Notes: generated from the letters alone by a model not told the origin. Positions 40,727-51,366 are shown, numbered from the stretch's first letter. The stretch is DNA of 64,000 nucleotides from Bacillota bacterium (GCA_017397935.1 JAFQHN010000015.1:2746-66745); one strand, 5' to 3'. Numbers and translations are program-made.

Positions 40727-41389
40727 TTACCAAGGCATAACAACAGCACCCCAGGCATTACGCTGAAAAGGAGGAAGCGGCGTCAGATGATTCAGCATTT
40801 TTACCTGCTCATCAGAGCCAAAATACAACAACACCGTTTGGTCCGGTGCAGATAAGAAAAATGACCCCGAACGTTTTGCTGCATGAATGACCGTATTAAG
40901 GTGTGAGATAAGCCATGGGTAAAACCAGCCATCACTTTTATAAATCATATGCTCCTCATGCTTTCCCCAAATATCATAGCTAATACCAACACCATTTTTG
41001 ATTTTCTTGTGCTTTACATCCCAGTTGATTTGCAAGTTTTGCAGCGGAAAACCACCGTAGGCAATACGCGACAAATCAGCCAACAGCTCTTCATATCGTT
41101 CTGCACATTCAAAATCCTCAGTATCAATAAGCAAAAGAAGATCTGAACATGGCTGCCATTCATCCAATATTTTCCTTTTGCCACCAAGGGCTGTAAGGAT
41201 AACGTTATACGGGTTAGCCTCAACATATTCCCGGCCAAATTCCCGGCAAAGATAGTCAACGAAGTCCGGGAAATTAGGATGAATACCATGCTTTTCGGCC
41301 AGCACACGCAGTTGTTCCTCAACAGAAATTGGGCCTGCCGGCGCTGCTGGATATGCCGGCCGCTGGGAAATATATCCATAATCCCACAT
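40727..41389 (-). CDS. Hypothetical protein (220 aa), no recognisable domain
   Basis: Clean ORF between priA and ilvD; Trp/Tyr-rich, no TM; cannot assign family by inspection. Confidence 0.5.
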   Translation of the reverse strand: MWDYGYISQRPAYPAAPAGPISVEEQLRVLAEKHGIHPNFPDFVDYLCREFGREYVEANPYNVILTALGGKRKILDEWQPCSDLLLLIDTEDFECAERYEELLADLSRIAYGGFPLQNLQINWDVKHKKIKNGVGISYDIWGKHEEHMIYKSDGWFYPWLISHLNTVIHAAKRSGSFFLSAPDQTVLLYFGSDEQVKMLNHLTPLPPFQRNAWGAVVMPW

Positions 41390-41404
41390 AGCGATTCTCC
41401 TCTA

Positions 41405-43600
41405 TCAAATCAAATTCAGAGGCTCCACATCTATGGCCAAATTGGTGTCCGGCGGCAGACGCAAGCTCTCCGTAGCACGGCTAAGCACCGTCCGCAGCAG
41501 CGCCAAATCCCGGCCTTTCAGCATAATTTGCAGGCGATAACGGTTTTTAATTTTAACCCTGGGGCAAGGTTTGGGGCCAAAATAACGCATTTTATCCTCT
41601 GCCTGCATATTTTCCAGTGTGCGTTGCAGGTTTATGGCCAGCTTGCGCCCCACCTCCACCGCCGAATCCATACTGCCGGCGCTGATAACCACCCGTATCA
41701 TCGAAGAAAACGGCGGATATTCAGCCAACCTGCGCTGCAAAATCTCTCGGCGATAGAAAGACTGATAATCATTCCGTACGGCCGCCTGCAAGATCTCGGA
41801 AGTCGGCTGGTAGGTCTGCACGATAACCTCGCCGCTTTGATGCCGGCCTGCCCTGCCTGCCACCTGCGTGGTCAGCTGAAAGGCCCTCTCGCCGCTGCGT
41901 AAATCCGGCACATTCAATGCCAAATCAGCCGCCACCACGCCCACCAGTGTCAGATTAGGGAAGTCCAACCCCTTGGCAATCATCTGTGTGCCCACCAGAA
42001 TGTCCACATCTCCGCGCCGCATGGCTTGGTAAATCTGCTCAAAGCTGCCGCGTTCGGTGGCTGTATCCCTGTCCATACGGGCAATTCGGGCCTCGGGCAG
42101 CAAGTTTTGCACCGCCTCCACGATTTTCTGCGTACCGGCGCCAAAGTAGCGGATAGCGTGAGAGCCACATTCCGGGCAGAGCTGTGGCAAGGGTGCTGTC
42201 TGGCCGCAATAATGGCATTTCAGCACATTCTCCCCCTGATGATAAGCCATGGCCACCGAACAATGCGGGCACTGTACCACAAACCCACAATGGCGGCAGG
42301 ACACAAACGATTCATAGCCGCGGCGGTTAAGGAACAGCAGACTTTGGTGCCCTGCCTGCCAATTCTCACGCAGTTTTTGCTGCAACAGGCGGCTGAGGAC
42401 GCTGTTATTGCCCTCCTTAAACTCGCGGCTCATATCCACCAGCCGCATTTTGGCCTGCTCCCGGCCGCCAATACGCTTGGGCATCTCACACAGCAGATAC
42501 TCCCCCTGCTCCGCCTTATAATAGCTCTCTATATCGGGGGTGGCGCTGCCCAGCAGCAGGCTTGCCCCCGTCAAACGGCAGCGCTCCTGCGCCAGCACAC
42601 GGGTATGGAAGCGCGGCGCATTATCCTGTTTATAGGTCGATTCGTGCTCCTCGTCAATCACGATCAAACCCAAATTGGGTGTCGGGGCAAAAATGGCAGA
42701 GCGCGCACCGATAACCAAATCATAATGGCCGGAGGCTATCCCCAGCCAGGCCGCCCGCCGTTCTGCGCCCGTTAAGCCGGAATGTAAAACCGCCACACCG
42801 CCGCCCAGCCGCTGCCGAAAAATCCATACCGTCTGCGGCGTCAACGCAATCTCCGGCACCAGAATAATCACCTGCTGCCCTTGCCTCCGAAATTCCTCGG
42901 CTAGCCGCAGGTAAATTTCCGTTTTGCCGCTGCCGGTTACGCCATGCAGCAGCACGGGTTTGTTATCGCCCTCAAAATTCTCTTTTATCTTCGCCAAAAC
43001 CTGCCGCTGTGCCGCCGATAACTCACGGTTGTCTGCTTCGGGCTGCAAATTCTGCCCATCCCAAATTTCTTCCTCAATTATCGCCACAATACCCTGCTCT
43101 TGCAGGCGTTTTACGGTGGGCAGCTGTGCTTCCGCCAGGGCCAGCAGCTCATGCAAAGGCAGCTCACCCTGAGCTTTCAGCAAATCAATTACACGCCGCT
43201 GCTTGGCACCGGTCGGCTTGGCTTCATTATTCAACAGCTGCACCACACGGCGAATCTGCGAGCGCGGCATGGTGCCCGTCAAATGCATTCCGCTGGGCAG
43301 CATGGCCTGCAATACGCTGGCCCGGCTGCACAAATAATAATCGGCCGCAAATTGAGAAAGCGCCAGCAAATCCGCACCAAAAAGCTGCTGCGGATTCACC
43401 AGACGCTTAATCGACTTCAACTTTTCCGGCAGTATTTGAGCGTTATCGGTCAGCTCCACCACGATGGCCTCCAATGTCTGGCGGCCAAATTCCACCTCCA
43501 CAATCTGCCCGGGCAGAACCGGCAAATCAGCAGGCACAATATAATGAAAAATGCGGTTTAATGCTGCCGTTTTCTTGTTAATGATAACGCCGGCCAGCAT
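41405..43600 (-). CDS. priA: Primosomal protein N' (replication-restart helicase PriA)
   Basis: Walker A GVTGSGKT, DEEH box, Cys-rich zinc-binding insertion (CRHCG…CPHC…CHYCG…CPECG). Confidence 0.9.
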   Translation of the reverse strand: MLAGVIINKKTAALNRIFHYIVPADLPVLPGQIVEVEFGRQTLEAIVVELTDNAQILPEKLKSIKRLVNPQQLFGADLLALSQFAADYYLCSRASVLQAMLPSGMHLTGTMPRSQIRRVVQLLNNEAKPTGAKQRRVIDLLKAQGELPLHELLALAEAQLPTVKRLQEQGIVAIIEEEIWDGQNLQPEADNRELSAAQRQVLAKIKENFEGDNKPVLLHGVTGSGKTEIYLRLAEEFRRQGQQVIILVPEIALTPQTVWIFRQRLGGGVAVLHSGLTGAERRAAWLGIASGHYDLVIGARSAIFAPTPNLGLIVIDEEHESTYKQDNAPRFHTRVLAQERCRLTGASLLLGSATPDIESYYKAEQGEYLLCEMPKRIGGREQAKMRLVDMSREFKEGNNSVLSRLLQQKLRENWQAGHQSLLFLNRRGYESFVSCRHCGFVVQCPHCSVAMAYHQGENVLKCHYCGQTAPLPQLCPECGSHAIRYFGAGTQKIVEAVQNLLPEARIARMDRDTATERGSFEQIYQAMRRGDVDILVGTQMIAKGLDFPNLTLVGVVAADLALNVPDLRSGERAFQLTTQVAGRAGRHQSGEVIVQTYQPTSEILQAAVRNDYQSFYRREILQRRLAEYPPFSSMIRVVISAGSMDSAVEVGRKLAINLQRTLENMQAEDKMRYFGPKPCPRVKIKNRYRLQIMLKGRDLALLRTVLSRATESLRLPPDTNLAIDVEPLNLI

Positions 43601-43601
43601 C

Positions 43602-44768
43602 TTACAACGCCAACCGATACACGGCTTCTACATCGGCAGGGGTCAGCTTCTTAAAGTAGCCGATGGTGCTGCCGCCGGGTGCAAAGGCCAGCTCAACCAA
43701 CTGCGGGATAGCCTCCTCCGGCACATCCAGCTGCGCCAGATTGGTGGGCATACCAATGCCGCGCAGGAACTTCTCATAAGCGGCAATACCGTCCAGCGCC
43801 ATCTGCTTCTTATCGTCACTCATCGCCACACCCCAAACATTATGGGCAATACGGGCGAACAGCTCCACATCCTCATCAACCACATACTTCATCCAGGCCG
43901 GGAACACAACAGCCAGCGCCGCACCGTGTGCCGCATCAAACAGGGCAGAAAGCTGATGTGCCAGGGCATGGCTGCCCCAATCCTGCTCACGGCCCACACC
44001 GCAGATATTGTTATGTGCCAGCATACCTGCCCACATAATTGCCGCCTGTGCCTCGTAATCCTCGCGGTCGATAATAACATCCATGGCCTTCTCCGTGATA
44101 GCCAGCAGCAGGCCCTCGCAAATGCGGTCAGTTACGGCATTATCCTTGGTCTTGGTAAAATATCTCTCAAAAATATGCGCCATCATATCAGAAATACCAC
44201 AGGCACTCTGATAAGCGCTCAGCGTGAAGGTCAGCTCAGGGTTCAAAATTGCAAACTGCGGACGCAGACATTCACCGGTTGCACCTTTTTTAATCTTGGT
44301 TTCCTCATCGGTGATAACCGTGTTGGGAGAACCTTCGCTGCCGGCTGCGGCAATCGTCAGCACCACGCCCACGGGCAGAGCCTCTTTGACACCTTTGCCG
44401 CGGTAGAAGTCCAGAAAATCGCCGTCATAAGGCACACCGGCCGCCACTGCCTTGGCAGTATCAATTACCGAGCCGCCGCCAACGGCCAGCATAAAGTCCA
44501 CCTTCTCCTCGCGGGCAGCTTCAATGGCCTGATAAACATAAGAGCTTACGGGGTTGGGCTGCACACCGCCGGCCACAATAAAATCCAAACCGGCTGCATC
44601 CAAAGATTCTACCACCGTCTGCAAAACGCCATTGGTAATAACCGAACCGCCTCCGTAAAGCACCATAACCTTCTTGGCGCCGCAGCGTGCGGCATATTTG
44701 CCGGCCTGGGCATGGGTGCCGCGGCCAAAAATAAACTGAGTCGGGCTCTTAAAAGTAAAATTATCCAT
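43602..44768 (-). CDS. Iron-containing (group III) alcohol dehydrogenase
   Basis: Fe-ADH signatures (GGGSVIDTAK, His-rich metal site); AAAGGAG RBS. Confidence 0.85.
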   Translation of the reverse strand: MDNFTFKSPTQFIFGRGTHAQAGKYAARCGAKKVMVLYGGGSVITNGVLQTVVESLDAAGLDFIVAGGVQPNPVSSYVYQAIEAAREEKVDFMLAVGGGSVIDTAKAVAAGVPYDGDFLDFYRGKGVKEALPVGVVLTIAAAGSEGSPNTVITDEETKIKKGATGECLRPQFAILNPELTFTLSAYQSACGISDMMAHIFERYFTKTKDNAVTDRICEGLLLAITEKAMDVIIDREDYEAQAAIMWAGMLAHNNICGVGREQDWGSHALAHQLSALFDAAHGAALAVVFPAWMKYVVDEDVELFARIAHNVWGVAMSDDKKQMALDGIAAYEKFLRGIGMPTNLAQLDVPEEAIPQLVELAFAPGGSTIGYFKKLTPADVEAVYRLAL

Positions 44769-44795
44769 ATTATTTGCTCCTTTGCAATTTTTTCA

Positions 44796-46412
44796 TTATT
44801 CTGTCATGTAAGCGTCTGCATAAGCAGCGCTGTTCAGCCAACGATAAATAATTGCCGCACCCTCGCCGCGTGTCATCAGCTGCTCCGGTGCAAAAACAGC
44901 ATCAGCCACACCGCGCATGATTTGTTTATCACGCAGGTTGGCAATAGCCGGTACCGCCCAGGCATACTGCTCCGGGCCCACATCATCATAAGACGAAACC
45001 GCAGTTATATCCTCGCCGCCGATAATTCGGCTGAGCATAACCGCTGCTTCGGCACGGCTGATTTTGGCATTGGGGTGCACGCCGCCGTCGGGATACCCCT
45101 TCAACAAGCCGCGGGAAACGCCCTTGATGATTTCATTGTACGCCCAATGGTCAGGCGATAAGTCATTATAAGCAATACTGCCGGTCTGGCCGTCACTCAG
45201 AGGCTGAGAAATATCCAGCACACGGTTCAGCAAGGTCACCATCTCGGCTCTGGTCAGGTATTCATTAACACCGAAATATTTATCGGATACCCCCTGCACC
45301 AGCCGCGGTGTTTGATAATACAGGTGAAGCACCTCATCGGCCGCCCAATGATTTACCACATCCGCAAAAGGCGAAATCAATGAGTACAAAGCCAACTCCG
45401 AGCTGTAAGAAATTATCGGCGCCGGTCCCTGATAGCTGTATTTAATGCTGTTGTTGTTCGCCCAATAATCACCGGTATAAATCAGCCGGTTATCCTCGTC
45501 TATGTGGGCAAAACGGCTCCAATCCGCCAGTCCGTCAGCATTTTTATCCTCGCCGGAGGTAGGGTCAGCCACCACCCAGCCAACGCTGTCAATATAAAAC
45601 ATCGCCCAGCTATGCCGGATTTTATCCGCATTGATATGGCCGGCAGGGCTTAGATAAGTGCTGTCAGTCTGGGCGTCCTGCCCGTAAAGATAACCGCTGC
45701 AAACCCGCGCCGGTATCCCCAAAGAACGCAGGCAGGCAACATACAGGTTGGCGTAATCCTCGCAGTTGCCGCGCTGTGTATAATAAGCGGTGGCAGCAGA
45801 ATGACTTGCCCGTTCATCGTTGTCATAAGTCATGTAACTGCTTACCGCCGCAAAAAGCAGGCGTGCCTTCAAATAATTGTTGGCAGTTGATGAGGTAGCC
45901 TGGGCGGCAAAATCAACAATCTCCGGCATATCCGAGTTTATATCCTCGGTCGGCTGCAAATACTGCGCCAAATCCTCCGTCGGCTCTCCCCCTGCCATAC
46001 CGGAGACATCATAGGTAATGCAGAAGTTATTTATCGCAGTTTTATGTATAAGCTGTATTTTCTCGCCCACATCCAGCCGCTTGATAAAATAATGTGCAGT
46101 TCGGCGGCCGGACTCATCCTCGGTGATCTTCTGCGGCTGTGGAGAAAACTCCTCATCCAGATGATCCTGCCAAACCGTACTTTCATTAGCTGCCAGCGGT
46201 ACCGCCACATTGATGTTATAAATGGGGTTTAAGCTGCGGTTTTGCAAATTTACGGTGTTTAGAACCGTGTAAATGTCACCGTTATCTCTGGTTATTGCTT
46301 CGTGCCGCTTCAACACATCATCAGCCAATGCCATTCCCGCCCCCAAAGCAATAAACAGCACAGCCAGCAGCCACATCGCCAACCAACGCTTTCCGGTTAC
46401 AGCATTTCTCAT
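44796..46412 (-). CDS. Secreted transglutaminase-like cysteine-protease-fold protein with three C-terminal S-layer-homology (SLH) domains
   Basis: Signal peptide; transglutaminase core Cys (…GNCEDYANLYVACLRSLGIP…); three SLH-like repeats in last ~170 aa. Confidence 0.75.
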   Translation of the reverse strand: MRNAVTGKRWLAMWLLAVLFIALGAGMALADDVLKRHEAITRDNGDIYTVLNTVNLQNRSLNPIYNINVAVPLAANESTVWQDHLDEEFSPQPQKITEDESGRRTAHYFIKRLDVGEKIQLIHKTAINNFCITYDVSGMAGGEPTEDLAQYLQPTEDINSDMPEIVDFAAQATSSTANNYLKARLLFAAVSSYMTYDNDERASHSAATAYYTQRGNCEDYANLYVACLRSLGIPARVCSGYLYGQDAQTDSTYLSPAGHINADKIRHSWAMFYIDSVGWVVADPTSGEDKNADGLADWSRFAHIDEDNRLIYTGDYWANNNSIKYSYQGPAPIISYSSELALYSLISPFADVVNHWAADEVLHLYYQTPRLVQGVSDKYFGVNEYLTRAEMVTLLNRVLDISQPLSDGQTGSIAYNDLSPDHWAYNEIIKGVSRGLLKGYPDGGVHPNAKISRAEAAVMLSRIIGGEDITAVSSYDDVGPEQYAWAVPAIANLRDKQIMRGVADAVFAPEQLMTRGEGAAIIYRWLNSAAYADAYMTE

Positions 46413-46550
46413 AAAATTCCTTCTCTCACTACAATTTGCCACAAATATACATCACAAAAACATCAATATACACTTTGTTTTATTATAACATATCTTAATA
46501 AGAAATTCAATCTCTCCAAGGCGTTCTGCCGTTTATCGTTTTTATGGCCT

Positions 46551-46600
46551 TGTAGTAAAAATAACCTCCCTTCGTAGAAATTACGGAGAGAGGTTATAAT
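46551..46600 (-). terminator. Terminator downstream of 46639-47049 gene (long imperfect hairpin plus T-run on minus strand)
   Basis: ataacctcccttcgtagaaattacggagagaggttat; minus strand followed by TTTTTAC. Confidence 0.5.
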
Positions 46601-46638
46601 CAAGCCGGCAGCAGTCCGGAAAATTGGAGTATACCGGC

Positions 46639-47049
46639 TTACTCAGCAGGCCGTTTCCATTCGCCGGTATCAATGTTTTTTTGCAAAACAAGTGCATATC
46701 CACCATTTGGACGATTGAAATATATCTCTGTATCATTTTCGCCCAAGTCCAATTCATATTCATATTTTGCCCCGAACGAACTATTGAGACCACCAAAGGT
46801 AGAATAAAATGTAAGGTAATGGGGCTTCACTCCGCCACCTTTATCATCAAAGCCTCGAATATATCCCATAGAGGTCGGAATAGATGTTGTAAATGTCAGC
46901 TTTGTGCCATCCTCTGAAACAGAATAGTCAACCAAAACCACATCTGTTCTTTCGACAAAACCTGTTCCAATTAAAAAGAACATAATCAAAGACGCAATCA
47001 GTACAGCTATAATTGAAATCCAAGTTACAACCGTGCGTTTTGTCTTCAT
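46639..47049 (-). CDS. Hypothetical membrane-anchored secreted protein (136 aa)
   Basis: N-terminal TM/signal anchor, start MKTKRT after AAAGGAG RBS; lower GC than neighbours. Confidence 0.5.
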   Translation of the reverse strand: MKTKRTVVTWISIIAVLIASLIMFFLIGTGFVERTDVVLVDYSVSEDGTKLTFTTSIPTSMGYIRGFDDKGGGVKPHYLTFYSTFGGLNSSFGAKYEYELDLGENDTEIYFNRPNGGYALVLQKNIDTGEWKRPAE

Positions 47050-47249
47050 GGTCCGGCACTCCTTTCTGTTCTTAAATATCACTTCTTATTTATAGTTGCA
47101 TTTATTGTATCATATTTTTCTTCCTACTTCAACTCATGCAGTAAAAAGCCGCATTATTTACCCAAAAACAGGCTGGATTTTACTGCCAAAATGTGTTATG
47201 CTGTTATCTGATTAAAAAATGTAAACTATAAATACAGGAGCATAACCCC

Positions 47250-47474
47250 ATGAGCAGAAAAAATAAAGAGAAACGCCTGCGGCAAGCTGCCGGCACCCCC
47301 AAAAAAACCAATAATAAGCATAAGGAAGAAACCGCCTGGGATGTCATCAAAGATCTTTTTACCAACCCCTTTGAGTATCGCAGTAAAAATCCTTATCTCG
47401 GAAAAATTTTGGGTGGTTTGTGTTTGTTTGCGGCACTTTGCCTGCTGTTTTACATCACCGGTCATAATATGTAG
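47250..47474 (+). CDS. Small basic protein with C-terminal TM helix (74 aa), hypothetical
   Basis: ORF with AGGAG RBS; Lys-rich N-terminus, hydrophobic C-terminus. Confidence 0.4.
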   Translation: MSRKNKEKRLRQAAGTPKKTNNKHKEETAWDVIKDLFTNPFEYRSKNPYLGKILGGLCLFAALCLLFYITGHNM

Positions 47475-47560
47475 AAAATAAATTTTCTCCCCTTACATAC
47501 CAACAGCGAGACGCTTTCGGCAATCCACCAAAGCTTCCCGCTGTTTTTTCTTTTTATTTC

Positions 47561-49438
47561 TTATTCCAGCTCAAACAGACCGTTATAAAGCTGATAATAA
47601 CGCCCCTTCTGCCGCAGCAAATCGGCGTGGTCGCCGCGCTCCACCACCCGGCCGTTTTCCAGCACCAAAATAGCGTTGGCATTACGCACGGTGGATAATC
47701 GGTGGGCAATCACAAACACAGTGCGGTTATCCATCAGGCGGTCCATCGCCTTTTCAATCAACTGCTCTGTTCTGGTGTCCACCGAACTGGTCGCCTCATC
47801 CAACACAATCACCGGCGTATCGGCCAACATCGCACGGGCAATCGTCAAAAGCTGCCGCTGACCCTGGGATAAATTGCCGCCGTTTCCGCTGATAACAGTA
47901 TCATAACCCTGCGGCAGGTGGCGGATAAACCCATCAGCATTGGCCAGCTTGGCCGCCGCCTCCACCTCGGCATCGGTGGCATTTAAGCGGCCGTAACGGA
48001 TATTCTCCCTGACAGTACCGCTGAACAGGTGGCTGTCTTGCAGGACAAATGCCATAGAACGGCGTAAATCCGTCTTGCTTATCTGCTTAATATCAATGCC
48101 GTCATAAATAATCTGCCCATTTTCCACCTCATAAAAGCGGTTGATGAGATTGGTAATGGTGGTCTTGCCGGACCCCGTACTGCCCACCAGCGCAATTTTC
48201 TGGCCGGGCTTGGCATAAAAACTGACATTATGCAGCACGGTTTTCTCCGGCAGGTAACCAAAGCTGACATTCTCCAACCGCACATCGCCTTTAACCTCGG
48301 TGTAGATAACGCCGTCAGCAGCCTGCCGCTTCCACAGCCAATATTTGCCGTTTGCCGCTTCCTGCCAGCCGTCGGCGGTTTTTTCCGCCCTCACCAGCTT
48401 AACCTCGCCCTCATCATTCTCCGGCATTTCATCCAACACGGCAAAAATACGCTCCGCACCGGCCAGGGCCAGCAGCACACCGTTAAATTGCTGCGAAATC
48501 TGGCTTATCGGTTGGCCAAACTGCCGTGTAAGCTGCAAAAATGAGGCCAAAGACCCCAAATCCAGCAGGCCGCCAACCCCCAAAATGGCGCCCAGCACCG
48601 CCGTCAGCGCATAATTAACATAAGACAAATTCATCATCACCGGCATCATAATATTGGCAAAGGTATTGGCATTGGTGGCCGCCGCACACAAATCATCATT
48701 GATGGTGGTAAAATCACGGGCCGCCTGCTGTTCACGGCCAAAAACCCGTACCACCTTCTGTCCCTCAATCATCTCCTCCAAATAGCCGTTTACCCTGCCG
48801 ATGGCCTGCTGCTGTTTTTTGAAGTAAAAACCGCTTTTTCGGCCAATCAGCTTGACAGATAGGAACATTACCCCCAGCATCACCACAATCAGCAGAGTAA
48901 GCAGCGGGCTTAACACCAGCATGGCACCAAACACGCCGATTACCGTCATCGAGCAGGAAAGCAGCGTGGGCAAACCCATACCCAGCGCATCGTGCAATGC
49001 GTCGGTATCGCTGGTATAGCGGCTCATCAACTCTCCGTGGGGGTGTTTATCAAAGTAAGACAAGGGCAGCTTTTCCATGTGGGCAAACATATCCTTGCGG
49101 ATAACCGCCAGCGTTTTGCTGGATATCACCACCATCAGCCTGTTATAAATATAAGTTGCGGCCACGCCCACCAGATAAATCACCGCCATCACCGCTATCA
49201 ATGAGATAAAACCGGAGAGGTCGGGGTTTTGCTGCCCGATAAACGGCACCACATAATCATTAAACAAGGGTTTAAGAAACAAACTGCCTGCTACCGCCGC
49301 CGCAGAGGATAACATAATCATCGGCAGCACAATCAACAGCAGCATTTTTTGCGGCGCCAGATATGCCAACAGGCGTTTCAGAGTTTGGCGCACATTTTGT
49401 GGGCGGGCAGGCATTCGTCCCATACCGTGCTTAGGCAT
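47561..49438 (-). CDS. ABC exporter fused permease/ATPase subunit (heterodimer partner B)
   Basis: Six-TM region plus NBD with Walker A GSTGSGKTT, signature LSQGQRQ; start MPKHG after AAGGGAGG RBS, overlapping upstream stop (ATGCCTAA). Confidence 0.85.
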   Translation of the reverse strand: MPKHGMGRMPARPQNVRQTLKRLLAYLAPQKMLLLIVLPMIMLSSAAAVAGSLFLKPLFNDYVVPFIGQQNPDLSGFISLIAVMAVIYLVGVAATYIYNRLMVVISSKTLAVIRKDMFAHMEKLPLSYFDKHPHGELMSRYTSDTDALHDALGMGLPTLLSCSMTVIGVFGAMLVLSPLLTLLIVVMLGVMFLSVKLIGRKSGFYFKKQQQAIGRVNGYLEEMIEGQKVVRVFGREQQAARDFTTINDDLCAAATNANTFANIMMPVMMNLSYVNYALTAVLGAILGVGGLLDLGSLASFLQLTRQFGQPISQISQQFNGVLLALAGAERIFAVLDEMPENDEGEVKLVRAEKTADGWQEAANGKYWLWKRQAADGVIYTEVKGDVRLENVSFGYLPEKTVLHNVSFYAKPGQKIALVGSTGSGKTTITNLINRFYEVENGQIIYDGIDIKQISKTDLRRSMAFVLQDSHLFSGTVRENIRYGRLNATDAEVEAAAKLANADGFIRHLPQGYDTVISGNGGNLSQGQRQLLTIARAMLADTPVIVLDEATSSVDTRTEQLIEKAMDRLMDNRTVFVIAHRLSTVRNANAILVLENGRVVERGDHADLLRQKGRYYQLYNGLFELE

Positions 49439-51209
49439 CAGCCTCGCCTCCCTTCTGCTGAGAATAATAAATCTCACGGTAAATTGCACAGCTCTCCAAC
49501 AGCTCGTCATGCTTGCCGCAATCTATCAGCCGGCCGTCATCCAGCACCGCAATTTTGTCGGCATCCATCACCGAGGTTATACGCTGGGCCACAATAATGG
49601 TGGTGATGCCGTGCAAATCCTCACGCAGAGTTTTGCGGATAGCCTTATCCGTGGCGGTATCCACCGCGCTGGTGCTGTCATCCAGAATAATAATGTCCGG
49701 CCTTTTCAGCAAGGCACGGGCAATACAAAGCCGCTGGCGTTGACCGCCGGAAAGGTTGACACCACCCTGCCCCAGCACCGTATCATAGCCTTGGGGGAGG
49801 GTGCTGATGAAGTCATGGGCGGCGGCAGCACGGCAGGCAGCTTCAATTTCCGCCTGAGTGGCATTGGCATTACCCCAACGCAGGTTATCTGCCACCGTAC
49901 CGGAGAATAACAGGTTTTTTTGCAGAACCATCGCCACTTTGTTGCGCAAATCGGCCAGATTTTGTTCTCTTACATCCACTCCGCCCACCAGCACACGGCC
50001 GGAGGTCACATCATAAAGCCTGGGGATCAGCTGCACCAGCGTGGATTTTCCGCTGCCGGTACCGCCGATAATGCCAACTGTTTCCCCGACCTTTATGCTC
50101 AGGTTAACATTTGACAGAACATCGGCCCGCTTTTCCTGCCCGTTTTGGCTGTTATCATAAGCAAAACATACATCCTCAAAAACAATGTCGGCCTTGCCCG
50201 TTTCCTTGGTGTTTTGCGGTTCGGTCAAATCAATTTCCTCATCCAGCACCTCGCCGATACGGTTGATAGAAGCCTTGGACAAAATAAGGTTGACCGAAAT
50301 CATCGCAATCATCATTACCGACATTAAAATCTGCGAGATATAGCTGATAAAGCTCATCAAATCACCCACCAGCATTTCTCCGGCAATAATCGTGTTGCCG
50401 CCAAACCAGGCCACCGCCAGCATACAGGTATACATCCCCAGCTGCATGATCGGCATGGTCGTGGCCATCAGGCTCTCGGCACGGAAGGCAGCCTGCTGCA
50501 TCTCATCCACACTGTTGTTGAACAGGTCGGTTTCGTAATCACCGCGCACAAAGGCCTTAACCACACGGATAGCCGTCAAATTCTCCTGCGTGCGGGTATT
50601 CAGCGAGTCATATTTGCTCATAAGCTGACGAAAACGCGGAAAAGCCATAATAAAAATGCCGAAAATAACCACGCTGAGCAGCGGTAATGCCACCAGCAAA
50701 ATCATGGCCAGATTGCTGTTGATATAAAAAGCCATGGCCGCACCGCACAGCAGCATTAACGGCGCACGGAACAGCATTCTCAGCCCCATCATCAGCGCCA
50801 TCTGGGTGTTGGTGACATCGGTGGTCAGTCTGGTTATCAATGATGCGGTACTGAATTTGTCCAGCGAGCGAAAGGAAAACTGCTGAATTTTATCAAACAG
50901 CGCCGCCCGCAGGTTTTTGGCAAAGCCCACACCCGCCACCGATGATGAACGCCCGGCCAGCACGCCCAAAGCCAGCGAGCAAAGCGCCATCAGCAGCATG
51001 AGCGCACCAAGCTTACAAATATACGGAACATCCTGCTGAGCCAGGCCCACATTGATGATTGAGGCCATAACCAGCGGTATACCAATATCCAGGGCAACCT
51101 CTCCCACAATGAACAACGGCGTTAATACCGCAGGCAGCCTGTACCCCTGCATACAGGCCGCAACTTTTTTGGATACCAATATCAACACTCCCCCAGGCAA
51201 TATACACAA
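49431..51209 (-). CDS. ABC exporter fused permease/ATPase subunit (heterodimer partner A)
   Basis: TM domain plus NBD (GGTGSGKST, LSGGQRQ); true start uncertain (weak RBS at annotated ATG; internal TTG/ATG alternatives). Confidence 0.8.
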   Translation of the reverse strand: MCILPGGVLILVSKKVAACMQGYRLPAVLTPLFIVGEVALDIGIPLVMASIINVGLAQQDVPYICKLGALMLLMALCSLALGVLAGRSSSVAGVGFAKNLRAALFDKIQQFSFRSLDKFSTASLITRLTTDVTNTQMALMMGLRMLFRAPLMLLCGAAMAFYINSNLAMILLVALPLLSVVIFGIFIMAFPRFRQLMSKYDSLNTRTQENLTAIRVVKAFVRGDYETDLFNNSVDEMQQAAFRAESLMATTMPIMQLGMYTCMLAVAWFGGNTIIAGEMLVGDLMSFISYISQILMSVMMIAMISVNLILSKASINRIGEVLDEEIDLTEPQNTKETGKADIVFEDVCFAYDNSQNGQEKRADVLSNVNLSIKVGETVGIIGGTGSGKSTLVQLIPRLYDVTSGRVLVGGVDVREQNLADLRNKVAMVLQKNLLFSGTVADNLRWGNANATQAEIEAACRAAAAHDFISTLPQGYDTVLGQGGVNLSGGQRQRLCIARALLKRPDIIILDDSTSAVDTATDKAIRKTLREDLHGITTIIVAQRITSVMDADKIAVLDDGRLIDCGKHDELLESCAIYREIYYSQQKGGEADA

Positions 51210-51366
51210 ATTTTATATCATCCAATTTTATATCATCTTCGTAATATCATTCAAACCAAAAACACCGGCAAACATTGACAAATGCCGCTGTTTTATATTA
51301 TTATAAAATAATTATACCATAAAAAATAAAATCATAGCAAGCAATAAGCCAAGGAGGTTTTGACTT

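Noticed and set aside
51226-51366. S-box (SAM-I) riboswitch or T-box upstream of metA
   Set aside because: The intergenic region is only ~140 bp and AT-rich. It lacks the conserved S-box core and any T-box-like box. Only a promoter-like TTGACA element is visible.
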